From contig NC_092383.1 of the NCBI RefSeq assembly GCF_030028105.1, positions 98,355,604-98,419,603 on the forward strand: a stretch of 64,000 nt of DNA, given 5' to 3'. The translations under genes and the position numbers were made by a program. This DNA is from Mobula birostris. Lineage: Eukaryota. The notes under the pieces are model-generated. The model was given only the letters and a program-made list of their open reading frames with translations. It did not search any database and was not told the origin of the DNA. Each line of letters starts with the position of its first letter. Within the stretch, counting starts at the first letter, position 1. Of the stretch, positions 22,901-35,741 are shown piece after piece.

Positions 22901-25900
22901 GGGAGAGGCACAAGACACGATCATCAGTATCTGAGTGGAATAAAGGAAACTACAGGGCCGTGAAAGAGGACCTTGCCCAGGTGGTTTGGAGGTGGTTACT
23001 GGCAGGCATGACGGCAGAGAAGAGGTGGCTGAAGTTTCTGCGAATAGTTCACAAAAAGCAGGACCTATTATGTCCCATAGAAGCAGCTGTTGTCAAATGC
23101 AGGACTAGGCAACTGCGGCTGACAAGGGAAGTTAACAACAGCAAACAAGCCAAGGAAAGGGCAAGGTAGTAAAAGTGAGTGGGAAGTTAGATGACTGGGA
23201 TGCTTTTAAAATCCAACAAAAGGCAACAAAAAAAAGCTACAAGAGAAATGGTGAAATATGAGGGCAAACTAGCCAATAATATAAAGCAGGATACTAATTT
23301 TTTTTTTTTTTTTTTACACAGTTTTTTTTATATAAAGAGTATAAGGGAGTTGAGAGTTGATATTGGACCACTAGAAAATGATGCTGCTGAGGTAGTAATG
23401 GGGGACAAAGAAATGGCAGATGAACTTAATAGGTACTTTGCATCTGTCTTCACACTAGCAGTATGTTAGAGGTCCGTGAGTATCAGGGAGCAGGAGTGAG
23501 TGCCATTGCTCTTCCAAAGGAAAAAGTGTTAGGCAAATGCAAAGGTCTTAAGGTGGATAAGACACCTGGACAGATGGACTGCATCCCAGAGTCCTGAGAG
23601 AGGCTGCTGAAGAGGTAACAGGTGCATTGGTCATGAACCTTCAAGAATAACTTGCATGGTCTCGGATGACTGGAAGATTGCAAATGTCACTCCACTCTTT
23701 AAGGGAGGAAGGCAAAAGAAATTATAGGCCAGTTAGCTGAGCCTCAGTGGTTGGGAAAGTGTTGGAGTCTATTATTATGGGTGAGTTTTTGGGGTGCTTG
23801 GAGACTAATGATAAATCAAAGTCAGCATGCTTTCTGTGAAGGGAAGTCTCACCTGACAAATCTGTTAGCTCTTTGGGGAAGTAACAAGCAAGATGGACAA
23901 AGGAGAGGCAGTGAATGCCATTGACTTAGATTTTCAGAAAGCATTTGATAAGGTGCCACACATGAAGCTGCTTAACAAGACAAAATCCCATGGTGTTACT
24001 GGCATGGATAGTGGAATGGCTGACAGACAGGAGGTAGCCAAGTGGGAATAAAGGGGGCCCTTTTCTGGTTGGCTGCTAGTGACTAGTGGTGTTCCTCAGG
24101 GGTCAGCATTGGAACCACTACTTTTCACATTGCTTGTCAATGATTCAGATAATGGAATTGATGGCTTTGTGGCAATTGCAGTAGGACTTAGACAAATTGG
24201 AAGAATGGGCAAAATAGTGACAGAAGGATTACAGTGTTGGGAAATATATGATAATACATTTCAGTAAAAGGAATAATATTTGTGACTATTACATAAATGG
24301 GGAGAAAATTCAAACAGAGGTGCAGAGAGCCTTGGGAGTCATCGTGCAAGACCCCCAGATGGCTAATTTACAGGCTGAGTCTGTGATAAAGAAGGCAATT
24401 ACAATGTTGGTATTTATTTCAAGTGGAATAGAATATAAAAGCAAGAAGATAATGCTGAGCCTTTATAAGATACCAGTCAGGCTGCACTTGGAGTATTGTC
24501 AACAGTTTTGGACCCCAATTTCCAGAAAGGATGTGTTGTCATTGGAGAGAGTCCAAAGGAGGCTCATGAGGATGATTCCAGAAATTAAGGGGGTTAACAC
24601 ATGAGGAGCATTTGGTAGTTTTGGGCCTGTACACACTGAAATTTAGAAAATGCTGTGGGGGGTGGGGGCTGGAAATCTCTATGAAACCTACTGAATATTG
24701 AAAGGACTAGATAGGGTAGATGTGGAGAGGATGTTTCCTATGGTTGGGGTATCCACAACTAGAGGGCACAGCCTCAAAATTGAGGGGTGACTTTTCAGAA
24801 CAGAAGAAAGCAGGAATTTTTTTTTAGCCAGACAGTAGTGAATCTGTCGAATGCTCTGCCACACAGTGGAGGCCAAGTCCGTAGGTACATTTTAAGCGGA
24901 AGTTGATAGTTTCCGGACCGGTCAGGGTATCAAAGGATATGGCGAGAAAGGATATGGTGCATGGGTTGACTGAGATCCGGGATCAGCCATGATGGAATGC
25001 AGCAGACTCGATGGACTGAATGGCCCAATTCTGCTCCTATATCTTGTGATCCAAAAGGCAGTGTATTCTGTCTGGAGGTTGGTGAGTAGTGGCGTTCTGC
25101 AGGCAGCTCTTTTGGGACCTCTTTTTTGTGAAGTTTACAATTGACTTTGATGAAGAAGCCGTGGGGTTGGTTAGTTTGCATGTAAACAAACGATGCTGGT
25201 GTTGTGGATAGTGGTAACATATACAAAATGATGGAGAAACTCAGGTCAGGCAGCATCTGAGAGTAATAAACAGTGTATATTTTAAGCCAAGACCCTTCAT
25301 CAGGACTACAAAGGAAGGGAAAGAAGCCCAAATGAGAGTGTGGGAGGAGTGCAACGCAGCAGGTGACAGGTGGATCTTGGTCCAGGTCATAAGGGCGAGG
25401 CAGAGTAAGAGAAGGAATGACGTGGCTACCGAATGAGAGAACACTGGGGTGGGCAGTAAAAGAGAACACAGAACATAGAAATCTACAGCACATTACAGGC
25501 CCTTCGGCCCACAATGTTGTGCCGACCATGTAACCAACTATAGAAACTGCCTAGAATTTCCCTAGCCCATAGCCCTCTATTTTTCTAAGCTCCATGTACC
25601 TATCTAAGAGGCTCTTAAAAGACCCTATTGTATCTGATTCCACCACCGCTGCTGACAGTGCATTCCACACACCCACTACTCTGTGTGGAAAAATTTACCC
25701 TTGACATCCCCTTGGTACTCATTTCCAAGCACCCTAAAACTATGCTCCCTTGTGTTAGCCATTTCAGCCCTGGGAAAAAGCCTCTGGCTATCCACACGAT
25801 CAACACCTGTCATCATCCTATACACCTCTATCAGGTCACCTCTCATCCTCAACTGCTCCAGGAGAAAAAGCTAAGTACACTCAACCTATTCTCATAAGGT

Positions 25901-28900
25901 ACACCCTCCAATCCAGGCAATACCCTTGTAAATCTCCTCTGCACTCTGTAGTATCCACATCCTTCCTGTAGTGAGGTGAGAGGGAAATGATTACCGGAAT
26001 CAGGTTGGAGACTACCAAGACGTCCTGAGTTTGGCCTCATCAGGTTTTAGTGTGGGAATGGGAAGTGGAACTAAAATGGGTGGCCACCAGCAGATTCCAG
26101 CTGTTGCAATGGACAGAGCAAATATGCTCAATAAAGTTGCCCACTCCCCCAAACTCCATCAGGACTCAATAATGCAACACCAGATGCAATAAATGACATT
26201 GACAAGACTCAGAAGTGAAATGTCGCTTCACCTGAAGGACTGCTTGGGGCTCTGAATGGTGGTGAGGGAGGAGGTGAAGGGGCAGGTGTAGCACTTGTCC
26301 CACTTGCAGTGATAGTGCCAGGAGGGAGATCAGTGGTAAGGTACGAGTGAGCAAGGGAGAGAGTGATCCCTGCAGAAATGAGGGGCAGGGGAAAGATGTG
26401 CCTAGTGGTGGGATCCTTCGGAGATTGTGGAGAACGTTGTGAGGCCAGCACCAATGGTAGAGGAAGGGGATTCCCATTCTCTGAAGGAGGACATCTCATA
26501 TCTAGGAATGGAAAGCCTCATCCTGGGAACAAGTCCGGCAGAGGTGGAGAAACGGTGAGAAGGGAACAGCATTTTTATAAGAGACAGTGCAGGAAGAGGT
26601 ATACTCAGGGTACATAGCTCTGAGAGTCAGTGGGTTTGTAAAAGACGGTCGTAGATAGTCTGTCTCCAGAGATCAAGAAAGGGGAGAGAGGTATCAGAGA
26701 TAGACCAAGTAAATTTGAAGGCAGCGTAGAGACAAAGTTGATGAAATTGATGAGTTCAGTATGGGGGCATGAAGCAGCAACAATACTACTACTACGTCGA
26801 CTCAGGCCTAGCGAGCCAGCGTCGGGCACGATGATGGACTCTCCACTTCTCCCTCTCCCTCATCAGTGTGTTCAGTTCATCTACATTAGCTGCACCGCTG
26901 TCTTCTAGGAGCTGTTGACCATAGTCTTGGGAGGGCACCCAGGGTTCATACAGCAACAATACAGTCATCAAAGTAGCGCAGAAAGAGTTGTGGAGAATTA
27001 CTACTGTAGGCTTGAGACACATAGCCGATGAAAAATCAGGCATATCTGGGGGCCTACGAGAGTAGTCATGGCTGCACCTTGGGTTTGGAGGAAGTTGGAG
27101 GAGCCGAAAGAGACATCGTTGAGAATTAAGTATCAGTTCCAACAGATGGAGGAGTGTGATGGTGGAGGGGAAATGGTTGAGTCTGTTGTCAAGAAAGCAG
27201 GGGGGAGCCTGAGGCCTTCCTGATAAGGGATAGAAGCGTACAGGGACTGGACGTCCATGGTGAGAATTCCCAATTTTATTCTGGCTTCCTTCCCCTTCTT
27301 TTGCAGTCCTGATGAAAGTCACTTGTATTTCCCTCCATAGACACTGCCTGACCTACCGAGTTCTACCAGCACTTAGTGTGGAACTGCTCATGACTTCCAG
27401 CATGTCTCAACTGTGGATAGTGTAAAAGGCTGTAGGTTACAACAGGATATAGACAGAATGCAGAGTTGGGTGGAGAAATAGCAGATGATTACAATTCGGA
27501 AAAGTGTGAAGCGAACTTGAAGGTGGAATACAAGGTTGTTAGCAGTGTGAAGGAATGGGCTCCTTCGAAGTTGCCACACAAATTGACAGGGTTATGGCGA
27601 CCAATGGTGTGTGGGCCGAGAGATAATGCTGCAGTTCCACAAAACTGGTTACACCAGAGTATTGTATTGATTGCTGGCTTGAGGGTGCAGAGGAGATATA
27701 CCAAGATGCTGCTCGGATTAGAGAGCATGTCTTATGAGGATGGAGGCAGGAAACATGTTCCCAATGTTGGGGGAGTCCAGAACCAGAGGCCACAGTTTAA
27801 GAATAAGGCGTAGACAACTTAGAATGGAGTTGAGGAAGAACTTTTTCACACAGAGGGTTGTGGTTCTGTGGAATGCTCTGCCTCAGAAGGCAGTGGAGGC
27901 CAATTCTCTGGATTCTTTCAAAAAAAGAGTTAGATAGAGCTCTTAGAGATAGCGGAATGAAGGGATATGGGGATAAAGCAGGAACTGGGTACTGATTGTG
28001 GATGATCAGCCATGATCACAGTGAATGGCGGTGCTGGCTCAAAGGGCCGAATGGCCTACTCCTGCACCTATTGTCTATTGATAGGCTCAGCTGGCTAGGG
28101 CTTCTTTGTGGAGCAATGGAAGATAAGAGGGGAAATGACAGAGGTGTGTAAGATTGTGGAAAGCATAAGAGTAAACAGCCAGCACTTATTTCTTCAGGAC
28201 AGCAATGGTCGTACCAGAGGATATTGGTAGATGTCAGAGGCAGGTTTTATACAGAATGGTGGGTGGCTGGAATACACTGCTGGGGATGGTGGTTGTGGCT
28301 GACAGAAGAGGGGCATTTAATACATTAAAATGGAGAGTTATAGGCCATGCGGGAGGCAAGGGTTAGATTTATTGTGGAGTATGTTAACATAGGCTGGCAC
28401 AACACTGTGGGTACCGTGCTGTGTTCTGCACAGGGCTCGTAGGGGTGGGGGTGTAACAGTAAGCGGACAGTGATCCTGGGAGGTGAGGGTCAAAGGAGAG
28501 AAGGGCCAGGTGAAGGAGTGATAACACTGGGAAGGAGACACGAGTTGGTGAGAAGTACTGTGGCCAGTGGAAATGTGGGAGGCTGTCCCACTGGTGGGGG
28601 GGGGGGGGGGGAGAGAATTCATTTGCTGGGCTCCTGAGCACCACTGAGAGCGATGGCAGAGGGAGGTGATCAGGGGTGCCACAGGGAAACTAACAAAAGA
28701 ACTCACCGCAGGTTTGCTTCTCCTTGCTGTCCAGCACAGCAATCTTCTGCTTTCCCCGCCGGCCCCCCACAGCACGGCCACGGTGCACTCTCTGTCGTAG
28801 GGGGTGAGGAGCCACGGGGGCACAACACAGTAAACGGCCTAAAGGGAAAATAAGGAGAGAATGGAGATGGAGCTTCACTGTGTCTGACCGGTGTCCTGGG

Positions 28901-31900
28901 AGCACGCAACGGGACAGTGCTGGGGGGGTGTGTGTGACGGGACGGTGTGGGAGAAGCTTCACTGTGTCTGACCGGGGTCCTGGGAGCACGCAACGGGACG
29001 GTGCCGGGGGGGGGGGGGGGGGGTAGTGTGCGACGGGACGGTGCCGGGGGTGGGGGGGCGGGGGTAGTGTGCGACGAGACGGTGCCAGGGGGGAGCGTGC
29101 GATGGGATGGTGCCGGGGGGAGCTTCACTGTGTCTGGCCCATACCCTTGGAGTGTACCTGTCCTGTGCTTCTTCCCACCTGGTTTGTTGTGCTCTGTCGC
29201 TCCCTCAGCAGCCAGGCTTCGGGGTACAAGATAGGTGACAGAACTCTGCTCCAGATACTTGTCCACAGGATCCGGCGACACTGGAAGGAGGGACAGGAGG
29301 GGAGGTGAGCTGAGCTGCCACGTCTTCCCTTGTTGCCCAACATCTCCCTCCCACCTCCTTCTGCTCCTCAGTCACCATCTGTCAGAGAACCCACACCTGT
29401 TGCTCACTGCAGAGCTCTAACATCGGCACGAATTGTAATCCCTGCGTCTCACCCTGAGCCTGCTGGTATGTGGTTTCAGGCTTTTATATCTCTGCCCGAA
29501 GGGAGAGGGGAGAAGGGAAACTGTCCAGATTGGTTATGGTCGTTGCTTACACTGGTTGCAAGTACATATGATAAGCAGGCTCTTCGGCCCACTGCGTCCG
29601 TTCTGACCACCCACTTACACAAACCGCACCCCGTCCTGGCCGGCAGTCATCCAGCCTCTTTCCACCTGCATGGCTTCCAGTTGCTGCATCAGCACCTGAG
29701 AACCCTGCTCGCCACTGAACAACCAGTCTCAGGAATGTACCGATGTCACATCAGCTGTCACTCAAGCTCGGCGTGCCAGCTTCCACAACTGAGCACTCGT
29801 CCTGAATGTGGGCTTGCCCAGAAGATGGGAAGCATCCCATGGGTGAATTGGTCATTGTAAATTGTCCCGTGATCATTGCTGGGCGGCGTGACTCAAACGG
29901 CTGGAAGCCCATATTCCGCGCTACATCTCAATAAAATTAAAATCCCCACATGGCAGAGGATGCATGACGTGAGAAACTGCCCCAGTTCCTTAAACTCACC
30001 CAACAGCTGCAGAGAAAACAGGTGTACCGATAGCAACTTCACCCACTGGGAAGGAAGAGTCTGGATCAGCAGGTGTTTATTGAGACACGACTTCCACTCA
30101 GTTTGAACTTACCAAGGCCGTTTCTCACTCTGAGGGCCCTAATTAATGAGCCAGGCCAGGTGGGGAAAACGTCAAGAGAAAATTTCCAGCTAACAGGCGA
30201 TCATAGCATTGCAAGGATTAGAGTACAGCTACTGACGAGGTGTAGGGGGTGGAGGGCTCTGGACAGAGGCCGTACTGATGTCCTTTGACGTCTGGCAGCC
30301 ACACGCTACCTCACAGGGTGGACGGACATCACTGCACCCCATCCATCTAAATCTCTTACATCTGCCTCCAAGTGGCATATGGCTTCAGCTGGTGGGTGAA
30401 CCGACATGAGGGGGTGGTGTTGACATGGCATCACTGGGCGAAGGACCTCAACGTCACTGGCCAGGGCGAATGAGCTCGCTAAGAACTACAACGGCCATGT
30501 GTTTGAGACCAGGGCAAGCCACCGAGCTGGAGGATATTGGTTGTGGTGCAGCCTGGAGAGCAGTGAGCACCACCAGGACTCACTAGCCCGAGACATGCGA
30601 AGCACCCCTGCAACCCGTAGGGCGTTGCAGGATCTGAACCGAACTGAACAGACAAGGCATAGACCTCTCCAACGGTAAAAATCAGTGGATTGGAGCACCA
30701 GTTTCAAGGGTGGGGGAACAGACTGGATCCAGGTGAAATGGAACTGCAGCTTCACAAGAAGAACTGCAATTAAATAAAGGTGGTTTTTAGAGGTTTCAAC
30801 ACTTCCCCAGCATGAGAATTGTTTGCAAGTTAAAGTCAGAGCTGTCTGGACAGACCAGAGATGCACAGGAACAGGCCCTTCAGCCCACAGTGAGGTGCTG
30901 AACCAGATAAATTAGGACAGGTAAAATGGCAACCTAAACTAATCCCTCTGCTGACCCAATGTCCATATCCTTCCATCTCCTCACGTTCACGTGCCTGACT
31001 AAAGTCTCCAATTTATGTGCCTCTACCACCACACTAGGCAGCACATTCCAGTCATCCACCACTGAGTGAAAACCTTACCCCTCCCACACCCTCTGGTAAT
31101 CGACATTTCAACCCTGGGAAGCAGATACACTCTGTCCATTCTACCTTTGCCTCTCAGTCTTATATTCCTCAATCAGATCTCCCCTCAACTCCAAAGAAAA
31201 CAACGCAAGTTTGTCCAGCCTCTAGTGGTAGAACCGTCCTCTAATCCAGAGGCACCCCTTCCTCTTCTGCACCCTCTCCTAAGCCTCGACATCCTTCCTG
31301 TAATGGGGTGCCCAGAACTGTTTGCAATTCTCCAGACATGGCCTTACCAGAGTTTTTCTTAAAAGTTGCAACTTAACACCCTGACTTCTGAACTCAATGC
31401 CTCACCTAATAAAGGCAAGTGTTCCACATGTCTCATTATCCCCAGAAAGAGAGCAGATATAGAAAATGGCCGATTGTGGAAAGCTCAGGCGATACAGGAG
31501 ACCGAATCATGAGACCAGGCACGAAAAGGACCCCACATATCCTCACAGGCACGTGATTCAGAAGAGACAGCGCTGTGGGGGAGCGCAAGGTCGTGCTGCT
31601 GCCACACGCCCCCAGCAGACCGGGTTCCACACCTGTCTTGGTCTTGTCCGTGTGCACTTTGCACGTCTCCCTTGTGAGCACGTGGGTTTCCCTGGGTTCT
31701 CCAGTTTCCTCCCACAGGCTGGCTGCAGTAAATTTATCATTCAATTCCCTGGTGTTCACAGAAGTAACGAGCAGTTGAGAATCTGTAATGTGCAGAAATT
31801 GCAGGGGCCTAGCAGAGATACTTAAATTATCCTTGGCAACAGGTGAAGTGCCAGAGGATTGAAGGATAGCTAATATTCACTGATTAATAAAGGCCCTAAA

Positions 31901-34900
31901 ATTAATCCAGGAATTATAGGCTGGTGAGTCCGAAATCAGTGGAGGGCAAGTAATTGGAAGGTCTTCTAAGGGGCCGGATATACTGTATGAGTATTTGGAT
32001 AGACAGGGACTGATCAGGCATAGTCAGCATGGCAGTGTGTATGGTGGGTCATGTCAAACTAATCCTATTCAGTTTTTCCAGGAAGGCATTTGACAAGGTG
32101 CCACACGGTAGGCTTATTCAGAAAGTCCTGACCCGGGGGGCCGTACCCTCCAAATATCCAGACCTGCCTCTCGGTTTTTTTGCACTACCTTACTTTCCAT
32201 TTTTCTATTTTCTATTTATGATTTATAATTTAAATTTTTAATATTTAATATTTATAATCCAGGGAGTGGGAAGCGCAGAATCAAATATCGCTGTGACAAT
32301 TGTACATTCTAGTATCAATTGTTTGGCGACAATAAAGTATAACGTATAAAGTAAAGAAGGCATGGGATCCAGGGAAGTTTGGCCAGGTAGATTCAGAATT
32401 GGCTTGCCTGCAGAAGGCAGAGGGTGGTGGTGGAGGGAGTACATTCAGATTGGAGGATTGTGACTAGTGTTGTCCCACAAGGATCTGTTCTGGGACCTAT
32501 ACTTTTCGTGATTTTTATTAACGACCTGGATGTGGGGTAGAAAGGTGGGTTGGCAAGTTTGCAGACGACACAAAGGTTGGTGGTGTTGTAGATAGTGTAG
32601 GGGATTGTCAAAGATTGCAGAGAGACATTGTCAGGTTGCAGAAGTGGGCTGAGAAGTGGCAGATGGAGTTCAACCCGGAGAAGTGTGAGGTGGTTCATTT
32701 TGGAAGGACAAACTCCAAGGCAGAGTGCAAAGTAAATGGCAGGATACTTGGTAGTGTGGAGGAGCAGAGGGATCTGGGGGTACATGTCCACAGATCCCTG
32801 AAAGTTGCCTCACAGGTAGATAGGGTAGTTAAGAAAGCTTATGGGGTGTTAGCTTTCATAAGTCGAGGGATAGAGTTTAAGAGTTGCGATGTAATGATGC
32901 AGCTCTATAAAACTCTGGTTAGGCCACACTTGGAGTACTGTGTCCAGTTCTGGTCACCTCGCTATAAGAAGGATGTGGAAGCATTGAAAAGGGTACAGAG
33001 GAGCTTTACCAGGATGTTGCCTGGTTTAGAGAGTATGGATTATGATCAGTGATTAAGGGAGCAAGGGCTTTACTCTTTGGAGAGGAGGATGAGAGGAGAC
33101 ATGATAGAGGTATACAAGATATTCAGAGGAATAGATGGACAGCCAGCACCTCTTCCCCAGGGCACCACTGCTCAATACAAGAGGACATGGCTTTAAGGTA
33201 CAGGGTGGGAAGTTCAAGGGAGATATTAGAGGAAGGTGTTTTTTATTTATTTTTTTTTTTTTACTCAGAGTGGTTGGTGCGTGGAATGCACTGCCTGAGT
33301 CAGTGGTGGAGGCAGATACACTAGTGAAATTTAAGAGACTACTAGACAGGTATATGGAGGAATTTAAGGTGGGGGTTATATGGGAGGCAGGGTTTGAGGG
33401 TCGGCACAACATTGTGGGCCGAAGGGCCTGTACTGTGCTGCACTATTCTATGTTCTATGTTACCAGGAAAGTTGATGAAGGCAAGGCAGTGGATGTTGTC
33501 TTCATGGACTTTAGCAAGGCATTTGACAAGGTCCCACATGGGAGGCTGGTTAAGGTTCGTTTGCTCAGCATTCAGGGTGAGGTAGCAAATTGGACTAGAT
33601 GTTGACTTTGTGGGAGAAGCCAGAGAGTGGTAGTAGATGTTTACCTCTCTGACTGGAGGGCTGTGACTAGTGGTGTGCCACAGGGATTGGCGTTGGGTCC
33701 GTTGTTGTTTGGCATCTGTATCAATGATTTGGATGATAATATGGTTAACTGGATCAGCAAATTTGTAAATGACACCAAAATTGAGGGTGTAGTGGACAGT
33801 GAGGAAGGCTATCATGATTTGCAGTGGGATCTGTACCAGCTGGAAAATGGCAGATGGAATTTAACGCAGGCAAGTATGAGGAGTTGCACCTTGACAATAC
33901 CATCTAGGGTCAGTCTTACACGGTTGAGCACTGAGGAGAGCAGCAGAACAAACAGAACAAACGGACCTGGGAATACATGTCCATAGTTCATTAAACGTGG
34001 TGTCACAGGTAGAAAAGGAACTCAGCAGGCCAGGTAGCATCTATGGAAAAGAGTACAGTCAATGTTTTGGGCCAAGACCCTTCATTAGGACTGTACTGAT
34101 GAAGGGTCTTGGCCCGAATCATCAGCTGCCAGTGCAAGTGGTGCATGTGAGCTCGACTTCAGTGTTTGGGAGTAATTTGGATAGGTACATGGATGTTAGG
34201 GGAATGGTCCTGGTGCAGGTCGATGGGAGTAGGCAGTTTAAATGTTTTGGCAGACTAGATGGGCTGAAGGGCCTGTTCCTGTGCTCTATTTTTCTATGAC
34301 TATTAAGTCAGGGAGTGGTTTGACATTTGGCTTGAGCCCATAGGCTTCACGGTCTCTATGACAGCACAGTATGAGACTGTGCAGGACCGTGAGGAAAGGA
34401 GGGGTTGTGCCGGGCTATGGCAGAAACAGGGGTGCATGGTGTCCAATTCTCACAAAGCCCCAATGAGATAACTATATCAGCTCATTACATAACTCTTTAA
34501 GACAGTAACTGTGGGATGCTGCCTCTCAGCCTGAGGGCACAGGCGGCGGCTTTGTCTAGTGCTCCCTCCCCAAAGCAGCTGCTTACCAGTCTTGCGCCTC
34601 TTGAGTGTGACGTAGGGCAGCAGGTCGTGCCGGGTGATGATGCGCAGGAGCTGCAGCACGTGCTGGAAGTTGGTCTCGTCGCAGCGCCCCTGCCGCTCCA
34701 GGGCGAGGAAGAAGTCGCGGCCGCTCCGGATCAGTCCCCGCTCGTAGTCGGCGATGACGTCCACAAAGAGGAAGGAGAGCACCCGCACGTCCCGGTGGGT
34801 GAGCTGGGCCCCCACGATCTGGAACATGCGGTGCAATGAGTGGAGCCCGTGCTGCTGGATCAGCTGGTCTTCAGGCCACTGCTGGCCACTCCGCTTCCCT

Positions 34901-34911
34901 TTGGCTGCCAT
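19613..34911 (-). CDS. DEDD: Death effector domain-containing protein DEDD, about 311 aa; complement join(34587-34911,29179-29280,28707-28838,19613-19989)
   Basis: [33 protein letters not shown]...[16 protein letters not shown]; DKYLE; KEKQTC|[11 protein letters not shown]...[43 protein letters not shown]; all introns phase 1, GT-AG; 936 nt. Confidence 0.96.
20430..25050 (+). mobile_element. Two tandem degenerate CR1 LINE ORF2 bodies; the first is interrupted by a Tc1 element
   Basis: [36 protein letters not shown] motifs with many stops and frameshifts. Confidence 0.88.
21223..22349 (+). mobile_element. Tc1-family (DD34E) transposon derivative, non-autonomous
   Basis: TA duplications at 21221-22 and 22350-51; CAGTGGCATGCAAA termini; about 280-bp inverted arms; WTDE...QQDNDPK-...-SPDLNIIE with 34-residue D-E spacing; N-terminus missing. 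Confidence 0.93.
25470..25980 (-). mobile_element. CR1 LINE 3' fragment
   Basis: [23 protein letters not shown]; same subfamily as 63350-63830. Confidence 0.88.
26000..27390 (-). mobile_element. Penelope-like retroelement remnant (RT and GIY-YIG region) with a nested RTE-like 3' fragment at about 26785-26950
   Basis: [25 protein letters not shown] motifs; nested piece [25 protein letters not shown] with a (TAG)n tail. Confidence 0.7.
27410..28430 (+). mobile_element. Nested CR1 3' fragments (younger copy about 27745-28082)
   Basis: [16 protein letters not shown]...[17 protein letters not shown]; (CTATTGT)n tail. Confidence 0.82.
28707..28838 (-). CDS. DEDD: DEDD third coding exon
   Basis: Acceptor ttttccctttag; GRLLCCAP...RGRA...DSKEKQTC; donor G|GTGAGT. 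Confidence 0.9.
29179..29280 (-). CDS. DEDD: DEDD second coding exon
   Basis: Acceptor ctccttccag; [21 protein letters not shown]; donor CAG|GTGGGA (a weaker in-frame donor at 29158 is possible). Confidence 0.85.
30860..31420 (-). mobile_element. Degenerate CR1 3' fragment
   Basis: Reverse-strand CR1 ORF2 end and 3' UTR motifs. Confidence 0.65.
31820..34280 (+). mobile_element. Nested CR1 LINE cluster (younger CR1 at about 32086-33460 inside an older CR1)
   Basis: [29 protein letters not shown], (TTCTATG)n tail at about 33446-33460, then the host resumes with [17 protein letters not shown]. Confidence 0.9.
32127..32350 (+). mobile_element. Rex1/Babar-type LINE 3' UTR fragment inserted in CR1
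   Basis: Highly similar to 36703-36925; ends in AATAAAGTAT. Confidence 0.75.
34587..34911 (-). CDS. DEDD: DEDD first coding exon (DED domain)
   Basis: ATG at 34911 (ACCATGG context), donor G|GTAAGC; 325 nt; probable acceptor ctgtcctag at 35041-35049. Confidence 0.96.
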
Positions 34912-35741
34912 GGTAGGTGAGGGGCACGTGGAGAGGGGTGCTGGGTCCTCAAAGAGAAGCAACCCTTCTCTCCACAAGTCCTGTCCTCTCTTTGAAGAGG
35001 TGGGCCTGAACCTCAGAAGAGGAGCTGCACGACTCTGCCACTAGGACAGTCAGACTCTTCTGCGTTCCATTAGCACCTGCCCCCCACCCAGCTATATGCA
35101 GAAAGTGGGCTCCCCCTTCCTCCTGCTCTGTGTGGCCTGCACAAAGTGATACTGGAGGAGATATTGAAGCCCCTGCTAACGTGGCACTGAGCCTTGCAAA
35201 GTAGCTTCTCAGAAAAAGAGGTGGGGGGAAAGAAAGAGCCAAGATTGAAGGTGTCGGGGGGAGGGGCCAGGGAGTCCTCAGTTAAAATAAAGGCTTCCAG
35301 ATCCAGGGATACTATCCTACCCTGCGCAGGAAACTGAAATTTCAGAGTTCCTGGTTATTAAAGTGGATTGACTGAAGTAAAAATCCCCTCAGAATTACAA
35401 ATAGAACTTTGCTCCTACCAAAAAAAATTTAATAAATAGGATCGATATTTTGATTTAGACTGATAGGCAGACTACTGATGGTGACTCAAGGGTCAAGGCA
35501 GACAGTCACAAAGTAAGGTCTTTGGGAAAAGAGGGACAGGTAAATAGACCCAGGGCAAAAACGAGGAAAAAGAGGCTGCCAAGGGAAGACAGCTCCAGCC
35601 AGACTTTTGAGCTGAGGATTTATAGCAAAGGCAGGGAACGGATGGAAAGAGGTGAAATGGAACCGACCAAACAATATGAAAGCCTTGTTCCAAAAAGCTG
35701 GACCAAAGGAAGGGAGGTTTCGGGGAAAGCGGCGCAGTTAC

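Noticed and set aside
19613-34911. DEDD2 assignment
   Set aside because: N-terminal WPE...[26 protein letters not shown] and linkage to NDUFS2 fit DEDD better
34477-34977. N-terminally extended DEDD from the ORF-track start at 34977
   Set aside because: Non-ATG start; homology begins at the ATG at 34911 in good Kozak context
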